Source: Halorarum halobium (lineage in GTDB: Archaea; Halobacteriota; Halobacteria; Halobacteriales; Haloferacaceae). From it: 64,000 nucleotides of DNA. Both the position numbers and the translations under genes were made by a program. Below the pieces are notes generated by a model that ran no database searches, was not told the origin of the DNA, and saw only the letters and a list, made by a program, of their open reading frames with translations. The number at the start of each line of letters is the position of its first letter. Positions within the stretch are counted from its first letter, which is position 1. This document shows, in pieces, positions 46,614 through 55,778 of the stretch. Location of the stretch: positions 62,001 to 126,000 of the forward strand of contig NZ_CP134951.1 of assembly GCF_032116555.1 (NCBI RefSeq), written 5' to 3'.

Positions 46614-48742
46614 CCGAGTCACCGACCCGGTCCGACGGCCCGCTCCTCGACGTTCGAGACCTGCGGACGGAGTTCCGCACGGAGGAGGGACCCATCGTCG
46701 CCGCCGACGAGGTGTCGTTCAATCTCGACCGCAGGGAGACGATGGGGCTGGTCGGCGAGTCCGGCGCGGGCAAGTCGGTGACCGCGCGCTCGCTCATGCG
46801 GCTCATCGACGCGCCCGGCGATATCACGGGCGGCGAGGTCGTGTTCGACGGCGAGGACCTCCTCTCCTACACGGAGGCCGAGATGCGGGACGTGCGGGGC
46901 AACCGCATCGCGATGATCCCGCAGGACCCGATGTCCTCGCTCAACCCGGTGATGACCGTCGGCGAGCAGATCGCCGAAACCATCCGCCGCCACCAGGGCG
47001 CCTCGAAGAAGGCCGCCCGGGAGCAGGCGATCGAGGCGATGGACGAGGTCGGCATCCCGGACGCCGCCGAGCGCGTCGACGACTACCCGCACGAGTTCTC
47101 GGGCGGAATGCGCCAGCGCGTGCTCGTCGCCATCGGCTTCTCCTGCGAGCCCGACCTCATCATCGCCGACGAGCCGACGACCGCGCTCGACGTGACGACG
47201 CAGGCGAAGATCCTCGAACTGCTGAACGACATGCAGGAACGGGAGGGCACCGCGGTGCTGATGATCACCCACAACCTCGGCGTCGTCGCCCAGACGTGTG
47301 ACCACGTCGGCGTGATGTACGCCGGGAACCTCGTCGAGACGGCGCCGCTGATGGAGCTGTTCGACCGGCCGCGCCACCCGTACACGCGGGCGCTCATCGA
47401 CTCCATCCCGGAGGTCGAGACCGACTACGACGAGCTTCCGACCCTCGCGGGCTCGATGCCCGACCTGGGGGACCTGCCCGACGGCTGCAACTTCGCGCCG
47501 CGGTGTCCCCACGCCACCGAGGACTGCCGGGTCGGCGGCGACCCGCAACTGGATGGCGTGGCCGATGCCCCGTCGAAGGCGGCCTGCATCCACGCCGCGG
47601 ACCTCGACCTCTCGGAGAGCACGACGCCCGACGCGACCGGCGGCCGGGACGCGGTGGATCGGAGCGGGGAGCCGCTGTTCGAGGTCCGCGACCTGCGCAA
47701 GCACTTCGCGGCCGGCGACGGGATCCTCGGCAACCTCCACCTGTCACGGGACGGCGGCGGGCTGCCGACGCTCGAACGCCGGTCCGTGAAGGCCGTCGAC
47801 GGCATCAGCTTCGACGTCCACGCGGGCGAGACGGTCGGGCTGGTCGGCGAGTCCGGCTGCGGGAAATCGACGGTCGCGCGGACCGCGTTGCGGCTCATCG
47901 AGCCGACCGACGGCGAGGTGTACTTCGAGGGCCAGCCGGTCCACGACCTCGGCTCGACCGAGGTCAGGAGCCTGCGCCGCGAGATGCAGATGATCTTCCA
48001 GGACCCCGGGAGCTCGCTCAACCCGCGCAAGACCGTCGGCCGCATCGTCGGCCGCGCGATGGAGAAACACGACATCGCCACCGGCGAGGAGAAGCGCCGG
48101 CGCGTGCGGGAGCTGCTCGAGCGCGTCGGGCTCTCGGGCGAGGCCGCCTCGAAGTACCCCCACGAGTTCTCCGGCGGGCAGCAGCAGCGGGTCGCCATCG
48201 CCCACGCGCTGGCGGTCGAGCCGAAGCTGATCGTCTGTGACGAGCCGGTGTCCGCGCTCGACGTGAGCGTGCAGGCCCAGATCCTCAACCTGCTCTCGGA
48301 CCTCCAGGCCGAGCGGGGGCTGGCGTTCCTGTTCATCTCCCACAACATCGGCGTCGTTCGGCACATCTGCGACCGCGTCGCGGTGATGTACCTCGGCAAG
48401 ATCGCCGAGTTCGGCACGGTGGACCAGGTGTTCTCCGCACCGTTCCACCCCTACACCGAGAGCCTGCTCTCGGCGGTGCCAAACGCCGACCCGCACCGGC
48501 GGCCGGAACGCATCCTGCTGGAGGGGAGCGTCCCCTCGCCCATCGATCCGCCGTCGGGCTGTCCGTTCCAGACGCGCTGCCCGCGGAAGATCGGTGACGT
48601 CTGCGAGACCGACGTCCCCCCGCTGGAGGACGTCGGCGAGGGCCACCACATCTCGTGTCACCTCTCGATCGAGGAGATGAGCGAGCGCGAATCGTTCATC
48701 GCGGCCCCCGAACCGGACGCGGGCGCGGCCGAGTCCGACTGA
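46610..48742 (+). CDS. Fused DppD/DppF ABC ATPase
   Basis: Two ATPase domains (GESGAGKS, GESGCGKS), each followed by HPYT and a Cys-rich tail. Confidence 0.93.
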   Translation: MTESPTRSDGPLLDVRDLRTEFRTEEGPIVAADEVSFNLDRRETMGLVGESGAGKSVTARSLMRLIDAPGDITGGEVVFDGEDLLSYTEAEMRDVRGNRIAMIPQDPMSSLNPVMTVGEQIAETIRRHQGASKKAAREQAIEAMDEVGIPDAAERVDDYPHEFSGGMRQRVLVAIGFSCEPDLIIADEPTTALDVTTQAKILELLNDMQEREGTAVLMITHNLGVVAQTCDHVGVMYAGNLVETAPLMELFDRPRHPYTRALIDSIPEVETDYDELPTLAGSMPDLGDLPDGCNFAPRCPHATEDCRVGGDPQLDGVADAPSKAACIHAADLDLSESTTPDATGGRDAVDRSGEPLFEVRDLRKHFAAGDGILGNLHLSRDGGGLPTLERRSVKAVDGISFDVHAGETVGLVGESGCGKSTVARTALRLIEPTDGEVYFEGQPVHDLGSTEVRSLRREMQMIFQDPGSSLNPRKTVGRIVGRAMEKHDIATGEEKRRRVRELLERVGLSGEAASKYPHEFSGGQQQRVAIAHALAVEPKLIVCDEPVSALDVSVQAQILNLLSDLQAERGLAFLFISHNIGVVRHICDRVAVMYLGKIAEFGTVDQVFSAPFHPYTESLLSAVPNADPHRRPERILLEGSVPSPIDPPSGCPFQTRCPRKIGDVCETDVPPLEDVGEGHHISCHLSIEEMSERESFIAAPEPDAGAAESD

Positions 48743-49156
48743 CCCGCCGCCGGTGAACGGGGGCGGGGCGCGTCGCCACCCGAGGCGGCCGTCCGCTGTC
48801 GGCTGCCGCGCCGGACTCGACGACCGATCGGTCGAACGATCAGCGATCGGATGAATACGACGAACGTTCAAACGAATTGGCGTTTCGACGGGGGCGGGCG
48901 GCTATCGGTTCAAAGTACCCTGATTAGGCTCGAACCGTCCGGTATCCCCCTTTTGACGTGATCAATTCGGGACGACGTCGACCGACCAGAAAACTGGACC
49001 GACTTCACCAGATCCGACACGAGTGGGCGGTAGAGGTCACGTTTCCGCGATTCATCGAAGAAGGTTGGTCGATCCCCGTCGATGCTGATGTCGTCTCCAC
49101 GGAATAGTCCGGAGATGGACCGGTTCGAGTGACTCGTCCGAACCGACGCGGGGCGG

Positions 49157-49648
49157 TCACCCGTCCGGGTTCGGGACGAGCGCCCCGCTCAGTCGATAGC
49201 AGACGACGTCGACGAGCCCGAACAGGAGGCCGACGGCCAGCCCGACGATGGCCCCGCCGGCCGCGCCGATCAGCAGCAGGAAGGCCGACGCCGCGACGTC
49301 GACCATCCCGTCGACCACCACGTTCACGGCCGCGATGACCAGCGCGATGCCGACGACGAACCCCATCCCGACCAGCGCGCCCCCGAGCGTCCCGCGCAAC
49401 AGGAGCCGTCCGGTCTCGCCCGCCTCGCTCCGCACGAGGCCGCCCTCCGCGAACACCCACCGTGTCGAGAGCCAGAGTAGCAGCCAGAGGTAGCCGAAGC
49501 CGGCGAGTCCGGGGAGGGTGCCGAACTGGGGCAGCACGTCCGCCAGCCCCCCGCTCGCGTGGCCGAGGATGAGCAGCGGGAGCGCGAAGGCGACGAGGTT
49601 GAACGTCGCCACGAGCCAGACTTCCGCCGGGTCGGCGGCCTCACCCAT
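49157..49648 (-). CDS. Hypothetical membrane protein (~4 TM)
   Basis: Hydrophobic ORF overlapping the upstream gene by 8 nt. Confidence 0.7.
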   Translation of the reverse strand: MGEAADPAEVWLVATFNLVAFALPLLILGHASGGLADVLPQFGTLPGLAGFGYLWLLLWLSTRWVFAEGGLVRSEAGETGRLLLRGTLGGALVGMGFVVGIALVIAAVNVVVDGMVDVAASAFLLLIGAAGGAIVGLAVGLLFGLVDVVCYRLSGALVPNPDG

Positions 49649-50075
49649 GGGCGAGCACCTCCGCGAGGACGACGACGGCCAGTAGCGACCACGTGGTTAC
49701 TAGATAGCTCCGTTCGAGCGTCGACCCGAACTCGGATTCTCGACGCAGGTCGGCCCCGGCCGGGACTCGGAGTACGAGCCCCGTCCGGAGGAACGACCCG
49801 AGGACGACGACGAGGACGACGAGCAGTTTCGTCGTCAGCAGGCCGCCCCAGCGGGTCGCCGGGCCGGGCGCGCCGAGGGCGCCGAGGTTGCCGACGCCGG
49901 TCGCCAGCAGCAGGGCGAGCACGGTCCAGAAGGCGCACTCGACCCGGCGCAGTTGCGCCCGGTCCGGTCTGGCCGGCGTCTGGAAGGCGTACCAGGTGAC
50001 CGCCGTCCCGCCGACGAGCGCGACCATCGACAGCAGGTGGACGGTCCTGACGGCGACGTGGAGGGCTGTTGCCAT
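49641..50075 (-). CDS. CopD-like/DUF4149-like membrane protein
   Basis: RTVHLLSMVALVGG, ATGVGN, KLLVV, C-terminal LAHG. Confidence 0.65.
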   Translation of the reverse strand: MATALHVAVRTVHLLSMVALVGGTAVTWYAFQTPARPDRAQLRRVECAFWTVLALLLATGVGNLGALGAPGPATRWGGLLTTKLLVVLVVVLGSFLRTGLVLRVPAGADLRRESEFGSTLERSYLVTTWSLLAVVVLAEVLAHG

Positions 50076-50118
50076 CGGCGTCGGTTCTCGGCGGGGTGAC
50101 AAATAACGGGGTGGTCGC

Positions 50119-51084
50119 TCACTCGGCGTCGGAACCGCCGTCGAGATACGGGATGCCGACCCACTCGGGCCCGCGGCCGATCCACTGGTGGTCGGTCGCG
50201 CCGCCGATCTCGTCGGCGGTCCACTCGATCGGCTCCCAGTCCGGCTCGAAGTTGAGATAGCCCGGTCCGGCGAACAGTTCGACCCGGACGCCGCTAGCCG
50301 GGTCCGAGACGTAGAGGAAGTCCGCCTGCGTGATGGCGTGCCGGCCCGGCCCGCCGTCCGGGGCGATGCCGTGCTCGGCGAGGACGTCCGCCGCGTCCCA
50401 GAGGTCGTCGAACCCGTCGACGTGGTAGGAGACGTGGTGGAACGTCGACTCGCTGCCCGCCTCCTCGCGGTGGATGGCGATGTCGTGCGGGAGCGCGGTG
50501 ACCGCGAGCCACCAGCCCCACAGTTCGTCGTCCTCTCCGCGGTACCGCTCGCGCGTCTCGAACCCGAGGACGCCCTGGAGCCAGGCGGCGTGGTCCCGGG
50601 AGACGGCGTCCTGGAGGTGGACGTGGTCGATGCGGCGCGGCGCGACCCGGTTCGCCTCGGCCTCGCTGTACAGCCGGTTGTGGAGCTTCGACCGCCGACC
50701 CTCCGGCGCGTCGGGCTTCTCGACGTCGTAGTAGAACTCGTACCGGTGGCCGAACCGCTCGACGCGGATCGCCTCGCCCTGTCCGCGCTCCTCGCCGGCC
50801 GGGACGTGGGTCACGTCGATCCCGTCGGCCTCGAACTCCCGTGCCAGTTCGCCCAGCGCCGCGGCGTCGCGCGTGCGGAACGCGACGTGGTCCACGCCGC
50901 CTCGGTCCGCCTCGGTGAGGCTGAGGGTGTGGTGCTCCCAGTCGCGCATCCCGCGGAGGTATGCCGTCCCGTCGACCCGCTCGGTCACCTTGAACCCGAG
51001 CACGTCCCGGAAGAACCAGAGCGACTCCTCGACGTCCGGAGTGTAGGCCGCGACGTGGCCGAGTTTGGCGAGCGGGGAGCTCAT
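50119..51084 (-). CDS. Extradiol ring-cleavage dioxygenase (catechol 2,3-dioxygenase-like, VOC fold)
   Basis: LGHVA, RRIDHVHL, PHDIA, FHHVSY, GPGRHAIT..FLY..DP...RVELF metal-ligand pattern. Confidence 0.88.
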   Translation of the reverse strand: MSSPLAKLGHVAAYTPDVEESLWFFRDVLGFKVTERVDGTAYLRGMRDWEHHTLSLTEADRGGVDHVAFRTRDAAALGELAREFEADGIDVTHVPAGEERGQGEAIRVERFGHRYEFYYDVEKPDAPEGRRSKLHNRLYSEAEANRVAPRRIDHVHLQDAVSRDHAAWLQGVLGFETRERYRGEDDELWGWWLAVTALPHDIAIHREEAGSESTFHHVSYHVDGFDDLWDAADVLAEHGIAPDGGPGRHAITQADFLYVSDPASGVRVELFAGPGYLNFEPDWEPIEWTADEIGGATDHQWIGRGPEWVGIPYLDGGSDAE

Positions 51085-51235
51085 CGCCGCTCCCCCCCGC
51101 TCGTCGTCCCCATTCCCGGTGCCAGCACCGCTCCGGAACCGCCCGCGTCGTCCGTCCCGCTCGCTACGTGCATGTGGCGCTCGTTCCGGGATGGTCCCCG
51201 GCGGTTGTTAATTGATAGCATCGTTCGGTGGGGGT

Positions 51236-52204
51236 TCACTCGACCAGGGCCGCGACGTTGCCGCCGAGCACCCGCTCGCGGGCCGACTCGTCCAGGTCCA
51301 TCCCGTCGACGGCGAGCAGGCCGGACTCGATCCACTCGCGACCGCGTCCGGGCCCGAACGGGTAGTCGGTGCCGAACACGAGCCTGTCGTCGCCGAAGAA
51401 GCCGTGCGCGCAGTCGTGGGCGATGGCCGAGCCGCTGACGGCCGTGTCGGCGTAGAACTCGCGGAAGTGGTCGCTCGCCCGCTCGGAGAGCTCCGGCAGA
51501 TCGGTGTCCGCGTAGTTCTCGGGGTACTCCCGGCGCGACCGGACGAACGAGTCGATCCGGCCGCCGTAGAACGGCACCATCCCGCCGCCGTGGTGGGCGA
51601 GCAGGTCGAAGTCGTAGGCTTCGGTGACGCCGCCGAACACCAGCCGCGAGAGCGCGAGCGTCGTGTCGAACGGCCAGCCGAAGAGCCGGTGCTCCATGTA
51701 CTCGCTGGCCCAGTCGTACCAGTCGTGGAGCTGCGGGTGCATCCACAGGGGGGCGTCGTGGCGCTCGGCCCGCTCGAACAGCGGGTGGAACCGCGGCCGG
51801 TCGATTGGCTCGCCGTCGACGTTCGAGAACATCTGGATGCCGGCCATGTCGAGCTCATCGATGCACCGATCGAACTCGGCCATGAACTCCTCGTTCACCT
51901 TCGGGATGGTGCCGACGGGGACGAACCGGTCCGGGTGGTCGTCGGCGATCCGTCGCACCTCGTCGTTCGCCAGCTTCGTCAGTTCCAGGGCCGTCTCGCC
52001 GTCCATTCCCTGCCAGAGCGGCGGGAGCGCGAGCGTGAGCACCTGCCTGTCGATCCCGTACTCGTCCATGTCGCCGAGCCGGCGGTCGAGGTCCCAGAGG
52101 AACGACGGGTCGCCCGTCAGCCCCTGGAAGTCGTACTCGGCGACGAGGGTGTCGTAGAACTGCTCGGTCAGGACGTGGGTGTACGCGTCGATGGTGTCCG
52201 GCAT
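51236..52204 (-). CDS. Amidohydrolase_2 family protein (ACMSD/LigW-like decarboxylase or hydratase)
   Basis: IDAYTH, LWMHP, FGWPFDT, AHHGGGMVP, FYADT, FGTDYPF. Confidence 0.85.
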   Translation of the reverse strand: MPDTIDAYTHVLTEQFYDTLVAEYDFQGLTGDPSFLWDLDRRLGDMDEYGIDRQVLTLALPPLWQGMDGETALELTKLANDEVRRIADDHPDRFVPVGTIPKVNEEFMAEFDRCIDELDMAGIQMFSNVDGEPIDRPRFHPLFERAERHDAPLWMHPQLHDWYDWASEYMEHRLFGWPFDTTLALSRLVFGGVTEAYDFDLLAHHGGGMVPFYGGRIDSFVRSRREYPENYADTDLPELSERASDHFREFYADTAVSGSAIAHDCAHGFFGDDRLVFGTDYPFGPGRGREWIESGLLAVDGMDLDESARERVLGGNVAALVE

Positions 52205-52299
52205 GTGTGGTGGTGTTCGATCGGTTTGGATGGTTCGGACGATTCGGACGGGTGGGACGGAAATTCCGTGTGACCGAGTCGGTCGGTCGGCCGTCCCGC

Positions 52300-53091
52300 C
52301 TACAGGTTCGAGCGGGCGTCCCCGCCGTCGACCATCACCGCCTCGCCATTGATGAACGACGAGCGCTCCGAGGAGAGGAACGCGACGACGTCGCCGTACT
52401 CATCCGTGGGGCCGAGCCGCCCCTGCGGGATGTCCTCCGTCCAGGCGTCGTACCCCTCCTCGTACGTGTCGTGGGCGCCCTGGTCGACGGACGTCTGGAT
52501 GAGATACTCCATCCGGTCGGTCTCGTGGGCGCCGGGCATGACGGCGTTACAGCGGATCTCCGGGGCGAGCTCCCGCGAGAGCGTCTTCTCCAGCCCGATG
52601 ACGCTCATCCGCACCGAGTTCGAGAGCACGAGGCCGTCGATGGCCTCCTTCACGCTGTGGGACGTCGAGCAGACGACGGTGCCGCCGCCGTCGGCCCGGA
52701 GGTGCTCGACGGACTCGCGCACGAGCCTGACGACGCTCATCACCAGCAGGTCGTAGGCGTCGTACCACTCCTCGTCGGTCGTCTCCAGGAACGGCTTGCT
52801 CGGCGGGCCACCGGCGTTGGTGACGAGGTGGTCCAGCCCGCCGAACTCGTCGACGGCGCGGTCGACCAGCGCCGACACGTCGTCCGCGTCGGTGAGGTCG
52901 CCCGGCTGGCCGACGACCTCGCCGGTCGCCGCCTCGCGGACGTCGGCCACGGCCGCCTCGAGCCGCTCCTCGTCCCGTCCGTTGACGACGACGTTCGCTC
53001 CCTCGCGGGCCAGCGCGGTCGCCGCCGCCTTTCCGAGCCCGCTGCTCGATGCAGCGACGATCGCGGAGTTCCCCGTGATGTCGAGGTCCAT
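52300..53091 (-). CDS. Short-chain dehydrogenase/reductase
   Basis: AASSSGLG, LVTNAGGPP, VDGG. Confidence 0.9.
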   Translation of the reverse strand: MDLDITGNSAIVAASSSGLGKAAATALAREGANVVVNGRDEERLEAAVADVREAATGEVVGQPGDLTDADDVSALVDRAVDEFGGLDHLVTNAGGPPSKPFLETTDEEWYDAYDLLVMSVVRLVRESVEHLRADGGGTVVCSTSHSVKEAIDGLVLSNSVRMSVIGLEKTLSRELAPEIRCNAVMPGAHETDRMEYLIQTSVDQGAHDTYEEGYDAWTEDIPQGRLGPTDEYGDVVAFLSSERSSFINGEAVMVDGGDARSNL

Positions 53092-53169
53092 GCTGTGAAC
53101 GTGTCACGAGTTCGGTCCTAACGGCTCACCTTCTGGCAACACTTTCCGACTGTTCGGGGAGGGAGGCGG

Positions 53170-53574
53170 TCAGGCGGGGCTCGGCGTCCGGGACTGCGAG
53201 ACGTACGCCGCGAGATCTGTCGTGGTCACGATGCCGATGACGCCGTCGGCCTCGGAGACGATGGGGACGTGGTGGACGCCGTTGTCCAGCATCGCGTCGG
53301 CGACGTCGCCGACCGCGTCCTGGGCCGTCGCGGTGATCAGGCCGGTGCTCATGTACGCGGAGACGGGCGTCTCGTCCTTCGGGCGGCGTTCGGCGACGAT
53401 GCGGACGAAGTCCGTGGAGGTGAGGATGCCCGCGAGTTCGCCGTCGTCGTCGGTCACCAGCACCGAACTGATCTCGTGGTCGAGCATCGTTCCGGCCGCG
53501 TCCTCGACGAGCGTGTCCGGCGCGACGGTGATGGGGTCGGAGGTCATGAGTCGCGCGACGAAGATGTCGTCCAT
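53170..53574 (-). CDS. CBS-domain pair protein
   Basis: LMTSDPITV, GILTSTD, HHVPIV, GIVTTTD. Confidence 0.9.
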   Translation of the reverse strand: MDDIFVARLMTSDPITVAPDTLVEDAAGTMLDHEISSVLVTDDDGELAGILTSTDFVRIVAERRPKDETPVSAYMSTGLITATAQDAVGDVADAMLDNGVHHVPIVSEADGVIGIVTTTDLAAYVSQSRTPSPA

Positions 53575-53881
53575 GGAACTCCGTTCGTCGGTCGGGTGTT
53601 AAGAGTTGTCGTGAGGATGACTCACAACGGGGCAAACGCTGACGGGTGTCGAATTATCCGGTTCTAGACCTGGAGAATAATGTCCGTTCGTAGTGTGTAT
53701 CCCATTCGAGACGATTATACATCCCCCGGAAACGCATATTCGTGATAACTCTTCCAGCAATTTGGCTATAACTAGGACGATTCAGGAGTAGATTTTTACC
53801 CGAGATTCCGTACGGATCGGACCGAAACGGCTGTCGTTTGGGCACGATTGAGCCCAGGAATCACCCGTTCACCCACGGACC

Positions 53882-55648
53882 ATGGTACACGAGAAGGAGC
53901 ACTGGAAGGAGGAGTTGTACGGCGACGACCTCCGGGAGCGGATCGAGTCGTTCGCCGAAGCGGGATGGGAGTCGATCCCCGAGGACGAGCGCGAGGAGTG
54001 GTTCTCGCGCTTCAAGTTCTGGGGCGTCTTCCACCAGCGGAGCGGCCAGGAGAGCTACTTCATGCTGCGGCTGACGAACTGCGGCGGCGTCCTCGAACCG
54101 GGACAGCTCCGGGCCATCGGCGAGGTCGCCCGCGAGTACGCGACCGGGCCGGTCGAGAACCCGGAGTTCGGTGACGCCTGGATCGACCTCACGACCCGCC
54201 AGTCGGTCCAGCTCCACTGGCTCAAGCTGGAGGACATCCCCGACGTGTGGGAGAGGCTGGAGGCCGTCGGCGTCTCCTCGCGCTCGGCCGGCGGGGACAC
54301 GATGCGGAACGTCTCGGGCTGTCCGGTCGCGGGCAAGGACGAGCACGAGTACGTCGAGACGCGCCCGCTGCTGGATCGCATCCAGCACGAGCTCCGCGGC
54401 GACGACGCGCTCTCGAACATGCCCCGGAAGTTCAACATCTCGGTCACGGGCTGTCGGGAGGGCTGTGCGCAGGACGCCATCAACGACGTCGCGCTCGAAC
54501 CCGCACGGAAGCTCGTCGACGGCGAGGCGGTGACGGGGTTCAACGTCCGTGCGGGCGGCGGGCTCGGCGGGCGCGAACCGCGCCGCGCCCGCCCGCTCGA
54601 CGTGTTCGTCACCCCCGACCGGGGGTACGAGATCGTCCGGACGTTCGTGGAACTGTACCACGAGGCGGGCGACCGGAGCAACCGGAGCAAGAACCGTGCG
54701 CGCTTCTTCGTCGACGACTGGGGGACGGAGGCGATCCGCGAGGAGCTCGCCGACCGGGTCGCGTTCGACCTCCGGCGTGCGGGGACGAGCTTCCGCACGG
54801 AGTACACGTACAACGCCGGCCGGAAGTCCGAACGCGGGAAGCACGACCACGTTGGGGTCCACGACCAGCCCGACGGCCGGAACTACGTGGGGCTCAGCGT
54901 CCCGGTCGGCCGCATGGGTGCCGAGGAGACCATCGAACTGGCCGACATCGTCGACGAGTACGGCAGCGGCGAGGTGCGGCTCACCCGCCGGCAGAACCCC
55001 GTCATCGTGGACGTGCCGGACGGGGCGCTCGAGGACTTGCTCGCCGAGCCGCTGCTCGAGACCCACACGCCGGAGCCGGGCGTGTTCGGCCGGGGCGCGG
55101 TCGCCTGCACCGGCACGGAGTTCTGCTCGCTCGCGCTGACCGAGACGAAGGCTCGGACGGCCGCGATGCTGCGCTGGTTCCGGCACAACGTGGAGGTCCC
55201 CGATGACGTCTCGCAGCTGAAGCTCCACTTCTCGGGCTGTACCGCGGACTGCGGGCAGGCGATGACCGCGGACATCGGGCTGCAGGGGATGCGCGCCCGC
55301 AAGGACGGCGAGATGGTCGAGGCGATGGACGTCGGCGTCGGCGGCGGCGTCGGCGCGGAGCCCTCGTTCATCGAGTGGACGCGCCAGCGGGTCCCGGCCG
55401 ACGAGGTGCCGGGGATGATCCGCAACCTCGTCGGGGCGTTCGCCGCGCTCCGGGAGGACGGCCAGACGTTCCGCGAGTGGGTCGACATGACGGGCCACGA
55501 GACGCTCGTCGAACTCGCCGAACCGGAGGAGACCTCCTACGAGGACCCCTGCCTCCACGACGCGAAGCAGTCGTGGTACCCCTTCGACGACGGCGAGAGC
55601 CCGGCCCCGACCGACGTGAACGACGAGCCGCTCCCGAGCGATGACTGA
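53882..55648 (+). CDS. nasD: Ferredoxin-dependent assimilatory nitrite reductase (siroheme/4Fe-4S)
   Basis: DLTTRQ, PRKFNISVTGC, ACTGTEFC, SGCTADC; heads an operon with nitrate reductase (also called nirA). Confidence 0.88.
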   Translation: MVHEKEHWKEELYGDDLRERIESFAEAGWESIPEDEREEWFSRFKFWGVFHQRSGQESYFMLRLTNCGGVLEPGQLRAIGEVAREYATGPVENPEFGDAWIDLTTRQSVQLHWLKLEDIPDVWERLEAVGVSSRSAGGDTMRNVSGCPVAGKDEHEYVETRPLLDRIQHELRGDDALSNMPRKFNISVTGCREGCAQDAINDVALEPARKLVDGEAVTGFNVRAGGGLGGREPRRARPLDVFVTPDRGYEIVRTFVELYHEAGDRSNRSKNRARFFVDDWGTEAIREELADRVAFDLRRAGTSFRTEYTYNAGRKSERGKHDHVGVHDQPDGRNYVGLSVPVGRMGAEETIELADIVDEYGSGEVRLTRRQNPVIVDVPDGALEDLLAEPLLETHTPEPGVFGRGAVACTGTEFCSLALTETKARTAAMLRWFRHNVEVPDDVSQLKLHFSGCTADCGQAMTADIGLQGMRARKDGEMVEAMDVGVGGGVGAEPSFIEWTRQRVPADEVPGMIRNLVGAFAALREDGQTFREWVDMTGHETLVELAEPEETSYEDPCLHDAKQSWYPFDDGESPAPTDVNDEPLPSDD

Positions 55649-55778
55649 GGGGGACCGGCACCCGGCGACCGGCCGCGAGCACGCGTCGATGGACGCGGCA
55701 CCGGAGCTGTTCCCGCTCGACTGGACCGCCCCGGACCCGGTTCTCGACAGGGAGCGGCCGGAGGGGGGCGAGCGGTGA
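55641..55778 (+). CDS. 45-aa microprotein bridging nitrite and nitrate reductase genes
   Basis: MTEGDRHPATGREHASMDAAPELFPLDWTAPDPVLDRERPEGGER; 8-nt overlap with the nasD stop and GTGA overlap with the nasA start. Confidence 0.55.
   Translation: MTEGDRHPATGREHASMDAAPELFPLDWTAPDPVLDRERPEGGER

Noticed and set aside
48958..49107. 49-aa GTG-start ORF in a lower-GC spacer
   Set aside because: No recognisable motif or coupling; cannot be supported without a homology search
52215..52260. Degenerate 9-bp tandem repeat (TTCGGACGR-like) between SDR and amidohydrolase
   Set aside because: Only 4-5 poor copies; simple slippage is sufficient explanation
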